A stretch of 64,000 nucleotides of DNA from Epithemia pelagica (lineage: Eukaryota > Protista > Bacillariophyta). Location: positions 5,208,001 to 5,272,000 of the forward strand of contig OX337229.1 in the NCBI GenBank assembly GCA_946965045.2, read 5' to 3'. The translations under genes were made by a program, and so were the position numbers. Within the stretch, counting starts at the first letter, position 1. Each line of letters opens with the position of its first letter. The notes beneath the pieces were generated by a model, which saw only the letters and a program-made list of their open reading frames with translations, was not told where the DNA came from and searched no databases. Shown in pieces: positions 1 to 10,668 of this stretch.

Positions 1-895
1 ACGCCGAACGGGCTACGAGTGGGGAAAGTCAAGCCAGTTCTTTGGATCATCATCCCATGGCACCTGGATCATCTGCCTCGTCCACTTCGTCGGCCGCCGC
101 CTCGTCGTCCTTGATGCCAACACCACCTTCGGTGACAGCCACGGCCGTGCATGCCGCCGGAGAAGTCGTGCGAGGTTTACAAAGAAGTTTCTCGTCCGAT
201 CGTCCGTGTTGGTAAAAACACAAGGACGACATATCTCGTCCTTTGGATTTCGGTCCAGAAAGTGGTTGGCAAAACCCTAGCTTTGAGTTGCTTTGGTGAA
301 GGCCATCTGTGATGTATCGCCAACGAAGTTGCTCAGCTTGATTCTATCCAGTCACGTTGGAGGGGAGAGTACAACATATTGCCAACACTGCTGTTGAGAT
401 TGCATTGGGAATGATGCAACTCCAAAAACAACAACAACGGTTATGTTCACAAAAGAAGTGCGAGCGTGTTGCTGAAAGTCAGTGGACACCAAACAGGACT
501 GCGAAACCCCGTTTGGTGAGTCTTTCCGTGTTTGTGGCCCAGAGAATGTTTATGCTATCATTGGGATATGCCTTTGCATAAACTCTTTGGTTTGAGAACG
601 ACCATAATATGGAGCTACAGACTGTTTGGTCGTTTTGATACACTTTTCTATTGAAACAATGAGAAGAGATATGTATTGCTATTAAATACAGAGTTTACTT
701 TCTACACAAATATTATGTCATGACAACATTTGTGGGAGTCAACCATCATGTGGATTCTTACGCTTTGGAATCTTGCACCCACTGGTCCTGCTTGTATCCG
801 AGAGACATATCACTCGTCCTCGCAGGAGGGCAGCATTGCTTCCTTTAGAAGCTTGTGATAATGGGCAATGGTCCACGTCATGGGAGTGGAGAGAA

Positions 896-2356
896 TCACG
901 GCATGAGGGGACGACTCTCCTTCTCATTGGAACTGTCCATGTCCGTGTCTGGATCGTGTTTCGCTTCTTGATCATCAGCATCCATCTTGTCAATCCACAT
1001 GGTCCGTGCCTTGACTTCGTAGGTTTGATCGGTATCCAACAACACACCAGATCCACTAAATTTGGGTAACCATCGTGGTGTCCATTGCACTGGTTCATGT
1101 AGTCGTGGCACATGCTGGTCGTCACGAGCTGCTACTCGTTCCTGGGCCTTGATCATTTCTTGATTGACAAGTTGATCAAAGTCGGTCACAAATCGTTGCG
1201 AATCACTCACCAATACTCTGGCATTGTGCACATGGTGTGCCTCGACAATCCGTTGAACGACTTGCCAGGCCAGTCGTTCATTGTACAAAACGTCCGCGAC
1301 AATGAGCACGTCGCATTCGGGAAGGGGCGTTTCGCCACCAATATCCAACAGTTTGGTGGATATGCGGGAGGCCAGTCCGGCATGTTCGGCACCGTACTGC
1401 AACAATTGCAAGGTGGTGGGATGAATGTCGGTTGCCACGACATGGGCGGCCCCCAATTGCGCTGCTGCTTGGACTTCCATACCAACCCCGGCTCCCAAGA
1501 CGACAACCCGTTGATTGCGAATCCAATCGGCATGAGCCTGCAGTTCTTGTGCGGCAACTACCGCACCGGGCCACGCCACGAGACCAAAGGGATCCAACAA
1601 GGGCATGTGATGTCGATGTTTGCCAAAGGCCAATCCATAATGTTCCACTTGCCAATAGGCTTCAATAATAGCGGAAGGTTTTTCCCATTCCCATACGGTA
1701 ATGGTCCAACATCCATTGTCGTCACGTTGCAACTGTTGTTGAGATTCGTGTCCTGCCTGAATGGTGGCTGTGGGAATAGGAACGGTCCGACTCACAATAG
1801 TAGCCTGTTTGCCCTTGCCCAAAAAGATGGAATGCCGTTCTCGGGGATATACGGTGGCTCCTGGAGAGACAGTTTCTTGATCCTCCTCATCGTCCTCGTT
1901 AACGTCGTCTGATTCCAGGTCCGAACCTTTTGCATGAGCAAATTGGGACAGGGAGGTGGACCTTGGTCTCTCTTCTTCTTCGTCGTTGTCGTATTCGTAA
2001 AGCCGTTCTCCCGGAAGTGCTTGACAGGAAAAGGGATTGTGACGAAGTCGTTGTTGTCGAGTCATGGAATGATCGACATCATGTTCCAGGGATGTGGTCA
2101 TGATCAATCCCGATGCACCGGTGGAGGGTGGTTGACGAGTATTAATGGTACGGCGAGTCGTCGTTGTCTGAACTCGAAGCGGCGACGACTGAGTTTCATG
2201 GGGATAGTGGGTTGTCGTTTTGGGGGGGACATTGGTTGTACGAGATTGGGAATCGCGCCACAAGGCGGCCTTGTACGACGACAAGGTCTTGGGTTCCAGC
2301 CATGCCAATGTTCGTGTCGTTGTGGAACTCAAGCAAATAAAGAGTAGGGATGTCAT
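896..2356 (-). CDS. SAM-dependent methyltransferase, family 16 (METTL21/EEF2KMT-like lysine methyltransferase), possibly plastid-targeted
   Basis: Motifs DPFGLVAWPGA, VVVLGAGVG (motif I), VVATDI and DVLIVADVLY. Start placed at the Met at 2356 (MTSLLFICLSS...TLA|W), which resembles a signal peptide with an ASAFAP-like cleavage site. Confidence 0.85.
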   Translation of the reverse strand: MTSLLFICLSSTTTRTLAWLEPKTLSSYKAALWRDSQSRTTNVPPKTTTHYPHETQSSPLRVQTTTTRRTINTRQPPSTGASGLIMTTSLEHDVDHSMTRQQRLRHNPFSCQALPGERLYEYDNDEEEERPRSTSLSQFAHAKGSDLESDDVNEDDEEDQETVSPGATVYPRERHSIFLGKGKQATIVSRTVPIPTATIQAGHESQQQLQRDDNGCWTITVWEWEKPSAIIEAYWQVEHYGLAFGKHRHHMPLLDPFGLVAWPGAVVAAQELQAHADWIRNQRVVVLGAGVGMEVQAAAQLGAAHVVATDIHPTTLQLLQYGAEHAGLASRISTKLLDIGGETPLPECDVLIVADVLYNERLAWQVVQRIVEAHHVHNARVLVSDSQRFVTDFDQLVNQEMIKAQERVAARDDQHVPRLHEPVQWTPRWLPKFSGSGVLLDTDQTYEVKARTMWIDKMDADDQEAKHDPDTDMDSSNEKESRPLMP

Positions 2357-3004
2357 AAAACGAGATGAAAAGGATGGCAGGGATCCAATGGTGCTTCTTT
2401 TTGGGAGTTGAAACATGATGGGTTGCTAGAAAGAATGGTTCAGGGCAATTCCTCAGTTCCGTGTTGACAAATCGCAGAGATTTCCTTCTATATTCCTTGT
2501 TAACGAGCTTTTTTCTCACTTTCCGGCTCTTCAAACTGTGTGGAGCTCTTGTCTCTTTCCAACAAAGGAATCACACCCTGATCGATCTGCCGATTGATAT
2601 TATTCCAGAATGTGTGCGTACCAAAGGTGTGGAATGGTTTTGTGTTGGACCTTGGCTCATTCTTATCTTGGCGGGCTCAGCTCGCCCTGCGATTCGGAAG
2701 AAAGGATGGAGTGACACTGTGACACACCAGGTCACAGGGGCTTTAGCAAAAACAGTCACTGCCCTGACTGCGCTTTCCATTGTATTGCCCTTTGGATTCC
2801 ATTTAGGAACTTCCAAACCGTTTTTGAAAGTCCGTGTCGCGTGCCCGGCAACTATAGCGAGTTTAGTACACCCTACATTGGCAGGTGACGTCATCGTTTG
2901 CTTCCGAAATGTTCCACATTCGTCTCCTTCTTCATTCCTTCTCTTCTTCTTGTGGACTTCATTGAGAGAGAGACTTGCTTCAACTCTTTGTTTTGATCGA
3001 TAGA

Positions 3005-3776
3005 ATGATGACTTTCCGTACTTGCTTCCTCACCGTCTTGGCGGTATGCCTTGCGGCTCCCGTTTCTCAGGCCTTACAGCAGTCACAGGTTCCCATCGCT
3101 CCTCGATCCACCGTCCAACCCGCAACAACGACTCGTGAACCATTGGCGGCAGCATCCACAGCCATGTCCTCGCGTCGCTCCCTCTTGGCGTCGTGTACCA
3201 TGGCTGTGGTGGCAGCGACTACAGGAGCTCCAAAAATGGCGGATGCGAGTACGTATTGTACCCAGGGCATTGGTGAAGGATGTGCCGATTTGGCAGAAGG
3301 CAATGCCTTGATTCAAGCCTTGCAGGAAAAGAGTGCGGCCAATAAAGAACGCAATGAAAAAGTACGTACACACAAACAACACCAAACAAACAAAGAGTAG
3401 TGGCAAGGACCGCATGAGTCTTGTGGAAAGCGACGTGTTTTCTTCCTTGTCTACGACTCATGATGCTTGTTGTGTGTGTTGTGGACCCCGTGTGGTCTTG
3501 AAAATTCTCGTTTTGGTTTCTTGCCATTACGTATCTGTGTGTGTGTTTCAGGAAGCACGAGATGCCTACTACATGAAAAACTATCCGGATTGGTTCCAAA
3601 CAGTCGGCAAAACCTTGGTTCGCAAAGAGTCGGATGGAACCTTTGTCGCACTCAGCGACGACGAAATGGCGGAATTGAAACGAAAAAACTTGCTCACCGT
3701 TGAAATTCCCAAGAGCATGGGAGGACGGGTCATTGATTACACCCAAAAACCAGTCTTGATTCTCAAAGATCAATAA
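3005..3776 (+). CDS. Two-exon plastid/thylakoid-lumen protein (signal peptide + twin-Arg Tat motif), weakly PsaN-like
   Basis: Exons 3005-3361 and 3552-3776. The intron 3362-3551 (GTACGT...TTCAG) joins NEK|EARDAYY in frame. Hydrophobic N-terminus, then RRSLL, a hydrophobic stretch and an ADA cleavage-like site. Confidence 0.7.
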
Positions 3777-4107
3777 CCTTACTACTACCAATAATCTCTC
3801 ACTATCCATAAAACCTTCCGCGAGACTTTGCGACAATCCTAGTCCAGCTGTACCACATCAAGGTCCGATCCAATCATTGGGTTCGTAACGGAGCTGTCGT
3901 TTCGAAATCACCTCATATCCGGTCTCCTATTTCGGTATCTTTCAAGCCCCTGTTGTCGATCGGAGGAACGGTCGAGAATGCTTTGAAAAAAACTCAATCT
4001 CTTGTGTAGTCGTCGGAAAGTTGCTCTCTTGCCAGGACATGCGGCCATTGTGCAGCAACATATGTTCTGGATCGGAGTACCATTGTCGTTGGCGTTGTGT
4101 CGCCACC

Positions 4108-4935
4108 TCATTCCGACTTGGAAATGGCAGTGTGAGAAGTGGTCTTTTGGTTGGCACCCGTTTCTTCCTCCTCCACAACCTGGGGCCATACATATCCAAT
4201 CCAATGAACCTTGGGACATGGTGATTGTTGCGGATCCAAATAAAAGGGTGTCATTCGCATCATGAGAAAGATAAACAAGTTGTAGGAATAAAAGACAAAA
4301 TTGAACACGGCCAAGGCAGTCGCAGGAGCCACCAGCAGGACGGTGGTACCGCTGGTCGTCGTCGTCGCGGCGTCGGCGGTAACCAGCATGTGCCACATGG
4401 TGTCCACCCACTTCCAAAGAGAACATTGTCGCCAAATGGAAAATCCCAAGGGTACGGCAATGCGTGGCAAATCATGGAACCAGGGTCGACTCGTCGCTTG
4501 TTCCATGGTCACTTGAGCTGCGAGGAGAAACAAGGGGGGTGCCGCGGCACGGGCCACTTGATGCAACACATGGACTGTCGTGTCGGATACCGACGACGAT
4601 GATACGGGACCAAGGACTACGGGTATCGTCACGAGTAGGAGGGGAAGAAGCATGGTCGCGACAAGGGCTGTGCCCATGTACACCAAAAAGCCGGACGATT
4701 GCAAAAACTGCGATCGTTCCCCCAAGGTCTTGTGGGGAATGCCCTGTTGGCGCGCCAAGCGATTGCAATCAAAGCGAATCCAATTCATCCACCAAATGTA
4801 CAGGGAAAAGTTCACGACAAATACAACGTCGCTCCACGGAATGGAAATGCCATAATATCCAAAACCAATGACGCTTGTCACACCGACAAAGAAAAAGGAT
4901 TCGAGCGAGGACTTCTTGGCCCTCGACTGAGGCAT
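4108..4935 (-). CDS. Multi-pass membrane protein of unknown function, tandem paralogue 1
   Basis: Start at Met 4935 (MPQSRAKK). Shares YIWWMNWIRFDCNRLARQQGIPH, AAP-LFL--AQV-MEQAT, PRIAVPLGFS-WR and YNLF-FL-MRMTP with 5560-6363. Confidence 0.8.
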   Translation of the reverse strand: MPQSRAKKSSLESFFFVGVTSVIGFGYYGISIPWSDVVFVVNFSLYIWWMNWIRFDCNRLARQQGIPHKTLGERSQFLQSSGFLVYMGTALVATMLLPLLLVTIPVVLGPVSSSSVSDTTVHVLHQVARAAAPPLFLLAAQVTMEQATSRPWFHDLPRIAVPLGFSIWRQCSLWKWVDTMWHMLVTADAATTTTSGTTVLLVAPATALAVFNFVFYSYNLFIFLMMRMTPFYLDPQQSPCPKVHWIGYVWPQVVEEEETGANQKTTSHTAISKSE

Positions 4936-5559
4936 TCTCGTTTTGTTCGATGACAAGAAGAGCGCAACACTCAGAATATGTCTACCAATAAGGAGACACG
5001 AACGACTTGAAATGAATGGAGATCTTCCACAAAGGCGCTTTTCTCTCCGTGCTTCTCTCGCCTTTTTTGTTTGGGTTCCGAATGACGTCGTAAATGCGAC
5101 TGGATAGGACGGAGTAACACCCAAGCTACCTACCTAGCTAGTAGCTAGAGGTATCTGGTTTCTGGTTCGTGGGCGGTCATCTTTCCCCGCCCTGTGCACG
5201 TTGTAGAACTATTCCATGTTTGGGAAACCCATGAGAATGAGAGCAATATTCCCATCTTGTAGATTCAACGGATTTGATTTACTTTATGTCTAGGAAATTT
5301 CGAGACCCTTCTAGCTGGGCAGTGTTCATCGCTTGAGCATGGAATGGATCTTTGTTAGTTGATGGAATGTTCGATCGTTCTTGTGTGAAGTAACGGAGCA
5401 AGTACGCCGACATTACTTCAACGCATGAGATGACAATTGCTGTCTCATTTGAATCACGGATATAGATCCATTCAGTTCGTTTCTTGCCAAGTGATTCAAG
5501 GGGACGAAGATATGATGAGGAATGACGCAAATCACGTGTCTTCCAGTTCCATGACTGGT

Positions 5560-6363
5560 TTATTCCGTCTTGGCACGATACGACGCAGGCTTTTCCGTAT
5601 TGGTCATTTCCTCCTCCTTGTCCTCTTCTGGATCTTCTATACTGGGCCACAGATATCCAATCCACTCAACAGTAGGATCGGGTGACTGCTTCGGATCCAG
5701 ATAGACGGGTGTCATTCGCATGATCAAGAAGAAGAACAGATTGTACGTGTAAAAGATCCAATTGAAGGCGGCCAAGGCTGTCGCACCGCCGACCATCATC
5801 TGGGTGGTGGAGTTGGTCGTGTCGGCGATTTGATACAAGTGCCACATGGTTTCTACCCAGGTCCAGAGGGTGAATTCGCGCCAGACGGAAAATCCCAAGG
5901 GGACGGCAATCCGTGGCAAATCATGGACCCAGGGTCGATTGGTGGCTTGTTCCATGGCCACTTGCGCCAAAATGAGAAAGAGATGGGGTGCGGCCGCACG
6001 CGCCGAATCTTCCAAACCAAAGATGGTTGAGGACCATGACAAGCCAAGGGTGGGGACGGTCACCAGCAAGAGGGGAAGAAGGACGGACGCGACAATGGCG
6101 GTACCCATGTAGATTTGAAAGCCTGTCGCTTCCAAAAATTGCGATCGGCCCAAGGTGGTGTGGGGAATGCCCTGTTGACGTGCCAAGCGATTGCAATCGA
6201 AGCGAATCCAATTCATCCACCAAATATAAAGGGAATACGCCACCGAAAACGCAACATCACTCCATGGAATGGAAACGCCGTAATATCCGTAGCCAATCAC
6301 AATGGTTAACCCAGTGAAGATGACGGCTTCTACCGCCGATTGTTGCGGATCTGATTGCGGCAT
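5560..6363 (-). CDS. Multi-pass membrane protein of unknown function, tandem paralogue 2
   Basis: 267-aa ORF collinear with 4108-4935 along its whole length; several hydrophobic segments. Confidence 0.8.
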   Translation of the reverse strand: MPQSDPQQSAVEAVIFTGLTIVIGYGYYGVSIPWSDVAFSVAYSLYIWWMNWIRFDCNRLARQQGIPHTTLGRSQFLEATGFQIYMGTAIVASVLLPLLLVTVPTLGLSWSSTIFGLEDSARAAAPHLFLILAQVAMEQATNRPWVHDLPRIAVPLGFSVWREFTLWTWVETMWHLYQIADTTNSTTQMMVGGATALAAFNWIFYTYNLFFFLIMRMTPVYLDPKQSPDPTVEWIGYLWPSIEDPEEDKEEEMTNTEKPASYRAKTE

Positions 6364-6613
6364 GATGATGATGAAAAGTAGATGAGGGCAGGAGCAAAGA
6401 AACCAAGAATTGGAACTATGGTTCTACACACAAGACATGAACTTTAGGTTCCAATATAAGCGACAGTGAGGAATGAGGATGACAAGGACAAGGACAGGGA
6501 CAACCTGTCGTAGCTCACGTGTATAGCTGCAATGCAAGAATGCAACAAGGAGAAAAAACGACGCGCTTACGTGTTCTCTCATTAGCGACTGAAAAACTTA
6601 GCGCGATCTAAAA

Positions 6614-6803
6614 GCGGTAAAAATATGCTTCCAAATAGCCCGGAGACAAATTCGGAAGCAGGTCAATAACCGCGGTGCTAATTCTGCCTTCAATACGGTT
6701 GCCTCTGTGCGGTAAAAATATGCTTCCAAATAGCCCGGAGACAAATTCGGAAGCAGGTCAATAACCGCGGTGCTAATTCTGCCTTCAATACGGTTGCCTC
6801 TGT
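6614..6803. repeat. Perfect tandem duplication, 2 x 95 bp
   Basis: 6614-6708 and 6709-6803 are identical base by base (gcggtaaaaatatgcttcc...cggttgcctctgt). Confidence 0.97.
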
Positions 6804-6990
6804 CAAATGAAAAAACGCTGCCAACCCTGCTTTCACAAGGATACACCGTACTCTATACACAAAAGAGATATTTGATTCGAGAACTGTCTCGTTTTCCTTC
6901 CTTCCTGTCTTTTTGGTTTCATCTAAACTTGCAGCTGGCGCTCATGGATCCAGCAGGCTTTGACGGGATGAATATCTTCCCTGTCAACTG

Positions 6991-9900
6991 TTAGTACGTC
7001 TTGAGCAAACGGCTCAGTCGATCATGGAGTGCATCCACATCCAGAGTGATTGGAATGCACACATAATAGTCATTGTCTTGAAATAAAACTTGCAATCCCA
7101 CGGTGGGTGACTGCAGCCATGCCAGCACATGAGAGTGCGACGTCATGTGGCGATCCACCAATTTTTGACTGGCACGAAATCGGCGATATTTCACCACCCA
7201 TGGACGCTTTCGACAATTGTCCACATACTTTAACAAGGTTTCCAACAAGGGTTTCCGAATCTCCTTGTCGAGGCATGTCCAAATCTCTGTGGTGGGGGTT
7301 TCTTGGCCGACGAAAACCGGTGAGGCGACAGGTTGAAACAAGGCATTGTGGGGACCTGGCGGCAATGGCAGTTGTGGTGGATCCGAGTGCTGTTCCAAAG
7401 TGTTGGTGAAAAAGGGTGAAACGTGTTCTTCTTCGGCTTCTTCCACGTCTTTGGTGTCTTCTTGGGCTTCTGCCTTGTCAGTGCTTGGGTTTGCGGAATT
7501 GGTACTCTCCTTTTCCAACGATACTGGCTCATTCGATGGAGCAAGAGTGTGTTCGTGACACGAGGCTTCCAAAAGTTGTAACAGTTCAATCGTGGCAGGA
7601 GGAACACGTTGTTGCATCCATTGGTGCAACAACTGGGCCATGGCATGTGGATTGCGTGAGCGAGCCACTTGAGCAATTTCATTGCGACTGCTCGAGGCTG
7701 GAACCACAACTTGACCAGACACGGCATCCAAAATGACCAAACTGGGAATCCCTTGCACACCATACACAGTGGACAAGACTGACTTGTAGTGCGGCAGTGC
7801 CTCAAACGGCATGGCTGGCCACGGCATGCTTCCATGGTAGTTGGCAAAACTGGCCGCATCGCGATCGGAACTGACAAACACAATCTCCACTCCATTTTGG
7901 AACTTGCCTCCTGATGAGGAACGTTCTTGTTTCCATGCCTCGTACACATCTCGCAATAGGGGCGTAAACGATCGACAGGGTCCGCACCAATGCGCCGAAA
8001 AGTACAAACCCACCAATCGACAATTCTCTAAAGCCACCTTGGTCGGCACCCGCAACGTTGCCGATCCACTGGTAGGATTCGCACTGTTGGGAAAGATTAA
8101 TTCCGATCCAATCGATCGTTCCAAAAAGTCCATATCCACAGGTACTTGAAAGGTGGCCACAGCAGCAGCCGCGTCCTTCTTGTGGTTGTTTTCTGTTTGC
8201 TTTTTCGTTTCCTCCATTGCTTGCCGTTTCTGAATGTCTTCCAGAAAGGGAGCTTCCAAAATGGATTCCGATATCCGGTATGGATGCGGTACCAACACTT
8301 TGGGGAGTACCAGACAGGTCGTCCAACTCGTCGTAGACTCATCCTTGTTGTGGTCGTCGTCGTGATTTTGTGGTTCCGTGTCATGCGTGTGCGTCGAACA
8401 CGAGGACCACAACAACTGGTTGGTGGTGGTGGTGGTGCCCGCCATTCCCAGCAGGTACACGGGTGATCCGGGTTGACTGGTAAACCCGGCAATGCGGGGA
8501 CCCTCGTCTTGTTGTTGCTGCTGCCAAAACTTCCAAACGGCGGCTTGTTTTTGTGCCACCGTGGCCAGGACTTGACCCGCCAGTGGTACCATGTCATTGG
8601 GCAATCGTCCCACCACCACCATGCCCGGAATCGGACGAGTTCCATTGAATTGTACCATGCATGCCGTCGTGGATGCTAGGACGGACGACGAGGATGGTGA
8701 TGAGACAACGGGAGCTTGCCAGGACAAGTTGTATCCATGGGGATGGTCGCTTCCTCGTGCACAGACAGTCCAGTCGGGATGCGCATCGACTTGTCCAATG
8801 TACACAATGGCATCGTCCGTCGTTGTTGTCTTTGGTTCCGAAGGATACAACCAGCTCGACTGAAATCCACCCAACCGTTGGGAATACACGGTCCTGAGTT
8901 TGGTGTCGTCGTCGTCCTGTTTTGCTTGTGGGTGGTTCGTGTCCGATTCCGCGTCGTTTGGAGGATCCAACTGTCCCACCACAACGACCAGAACATGCAA
9001 TGGCAGTGCCACAATTACGCGTGCCAAGTCGAGTTCGGTCGTACACGCAAAGGTCTTGCACAAGGTCATTCCATTCATCTGGGTACTGTCATCCTTGTCG
9101 TCGTTGGGAAGCAGAAAGACCGCCACCGACACATAGGAAGAAGACGACGAAGACGAGGGTAACAATGGCAAACGAGCAACGGCACAGGACGACTGGAAGG
9201 ATTGCTGGACGGACGATTGATGCTCCCGAATGCAAATGGTTTCATACGGATTCGAGGCATGAGGATTGACCGTCAAGGAAATTGTGTCGACCGTGCTTTG
9301 GTCCGTAGTATTCGATTGGTTCCACCACCATCGCAGTGGTACCGATTGAACCAGGTCTCGTCGAATCCGGTCGGCCGATGATATGGTGGTTGGCGGAATG
9401 ATGGTCGAACCATTGCTCGTGTTCGTGTCGTTCTTGTGATTGTGGGACCCCAATTCGTGTCGTGCCTGTTTCCATTCGGTGGATCCACTCAGGCGACCCA
9501 ACCAATAGTGTTGGTGATCCACCAGAGGATTCCATTCGGTCAAGGTTTTGTAGTACTCCAACTGGGCCTGTTCCAATTTGTGACGGTGTGTTTCCAATTC
9601 TTGTGGCAAGGCTGTTGATTTGGACGATTTGGAGGATTGTTGTTGAGTAGTAGTATTAAAGGAATGGACGATTTGCTCCAACAAGAGTTCCGAAGAGGTT
9701 TGGGTTTCATTGCGTCGTTTTTCGCAAAAGGATTCCTGAGCAAACTTTCGGGTATATCGGGCCGTGACATCGACCGCGGTCGTGGTGGTAAAGGCCATAA
9801 TGTGACACAAGTCCTTTCCCCATCCCTGTTCGTACATGTTGGGTTGATGCACGACCCCTTCACAGGCATCCACCATGATCCACTGATGTTGCTGCGGCAA

Positions 9901-10602
9901 ATACACTTCGACCCACACATGATCGGTCCAATCCATGACGTAGCGGGTTTCCAATCCCATGGCCCGACAATACAAGCCAAACAAATTGGCATATTCTCCA
10001 CATCGACCACACCGTGTTTCGTACAATTTGGCCACGGCATTGTAGCGAGGAAAACATGTGACGGCGTCACAGAGAGAGCATCGATACACTTCGACGCGTG
10101 AGGCACGGCCCTTACGTTCTTCGGGTGTTTCCGGAGGACGACTGCCTTGGGGGACCATAAAGTCCTCCCTCTTGTAGTTGTTGTTGGTAGTATTGGAAGG
10201 ACAGTCCGGATTGGAGCAGGCTGGTTGATTGACCCATGTCATGACATCTTGTTGGAAATACCGCGCCAATCGTTGCACAAAGATCACCGTCTCGGCGGAA
10301 CTACTACTTGGACCAAACAATTGTTGCAATTCCACCAGTCGTTGGGCGTCGGCCGTTTGATAGTCTGGAACATTACTCGCAGTGCCACGCAATTGCGACC
10401 AAGGCACTTGGGCACGAATTCGTTCCATGGTCTCGACCGACTCTTCCCAGGCTTTTACCGTTTGCACTCCTTGTACCATGCGACGGTACAAGGGATGCTC
10501 CGATAACAACTCCTCGTCTTCTTGGTTCATGTTGTTGTTGTTGGTTCTTTGTGCGTCTTTTTTCGGACAGAGGGATGGAGAAGAACCGCAAAGAGTGAGC
10601 AT
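6991..10602 (-). CDS. PNG1: Peptide:N-glycanase (transglutaminase-like core) fused to a nucleoredoxin-type thioredoxin domain and a C-terminal PUB-like domain
   Basis: Zn ligands CSNPDC and CSLC; triad motifs TRCGRCGEYAN, WTDHVWVEV and VDACEG; GRLSGSTEWKQAR. Thioredoxin motif LYFSAHWCGPC (7975-7989). C-terminal LETLLKYVDN..RPWVVKYRR resembles PUB. Single long ORF; start at 10602 or 10530. Confidence 0.9.
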   Translation of the reverse strand: MLTLCGSSPSLCPKKDAQRTNNNNMNQEDEELLSEHPLYRRMVQGVQTVKAWEESVETMERIRAQVPWSQLRGTASNVPDYQTADAQRLVELQQLFGPSSSSAETVIFVQRLARYFQQDVMTWVNQPACSNPDCPSNTTNNNYKREDFMVPQGSRPPETPEERKGRASRVEVYRCSLCDAVTCFPRYNAVAKLYETRCGRCGEYANLFGLYCRAMGLETRYVMDWTDHVWVEVYLPQQHQWIMVDACEGVVHQPNMYEQGWGKDLCHIMAFTTTTAVDVTARYTRKFAQESFCEKRRNETQTSSELLLEQIVHSFNTTTQQQSSKSSKSTALPQELETHRHKLEQAQLEYYKTLTEWNPLVDHQHYWLGRLSGSTEWKQARHELGSHNHKNDTNTSNGSTIIPPTTISSADRIRRDLVQSVPLRWWWNQSNTTDQSTVDTISLTVNPHASNPYETICIREHQSSVQQSFQSSCAVARLPLLPSSSSSSSYVSVAVFLLPNDDKDDSTQMNGMTLCKTFACTTELDLARVIVALPLHVLVVVVGQLDPPNDAESDTNHPQAKQDDDDTKLRTVYSQRLGGFQSSWLYPSEPKTTTTDDAIVYIGQVDAHPDWTVCARGSDHPHGYNLSWQAPVVSSPSSSSVLASTTACMVQFNGTRPIPGMVVVGRLPNDMVPLAGQVLATVAQKQAAVWKFWQQQQQDEGPRIAGFTSQPGSPVYLLGMAGTTTTTNQLLWSSCSTHTHDTEPQNHDDDHNKDESTTSWTTCLVLPKVLVPHPYRISESILEAPFLEDIQKRQAMEETKKQTENNHKKDAAAAVATFQVPVDMDFLERSIGSELIFPNSANPTSGSATLRVPTKVALENCRLVGLYFSAHWCGPCRSFTPLLRDVYEAWKQERSSSGGKFQNGVEIVFVSSDRDAASFANYHGSMPWPAMPFEALPHYKSVLSTVYGVQGIPSLVILDAVSGQVVVPASSSRNEIAQVARSRNPHAMAQLLHQWMQQRVPPATIELLQLLEASCHEHTLAPSNEPVSLEKESTNSANPSTDKAEAQEDTKDVEEAEEEHVSPFFTNTLEQHSDPPQLPLPPGPHNALFQPVASPVFVGQETPTTEIWTCLDKEIRKPLLETLLKYVDNCRKRPWVVKYRRFRASQKLVDRHMTSHSHVLAWLQSPTVGLQVLFQDNDYYVCIPITLDVDALHDRLSRLLKTY

Positions 10603-10662
10603 CTTGCACAAAAAAAGGAAAAATCTTATTGGGTTTGACGTTATTGGATTTGACGTTTTTCC

Positions 10663-10667
10663 AAAAA
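10663..10667 (-). terminator. RNA polymerase III T-run terminator of tRNA-Lys
   Basis: TTTTT on the minus strand, separated from the tRNA discriminator base by 1 nt. Confidence 0.75.
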
Positions 10668-10668
10668 G

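Noticed and set aside
1-290. Short minus-strand ORF(s) at the window start
   Set aside because: Two competing open frames, no recognisable domain and no supportable start or exon link.
1112-1912. 266-aa plus-strand ORF, and similar ones at 11923-12681 and 49087-49695
   Set aside because: Fully antisense to better-supported genes and without motifs.
6614-6803. CRISPR array
   Set aside because: Only two adjacent 95-bp units, no spacers, no cas genes and a eukaryotic context.
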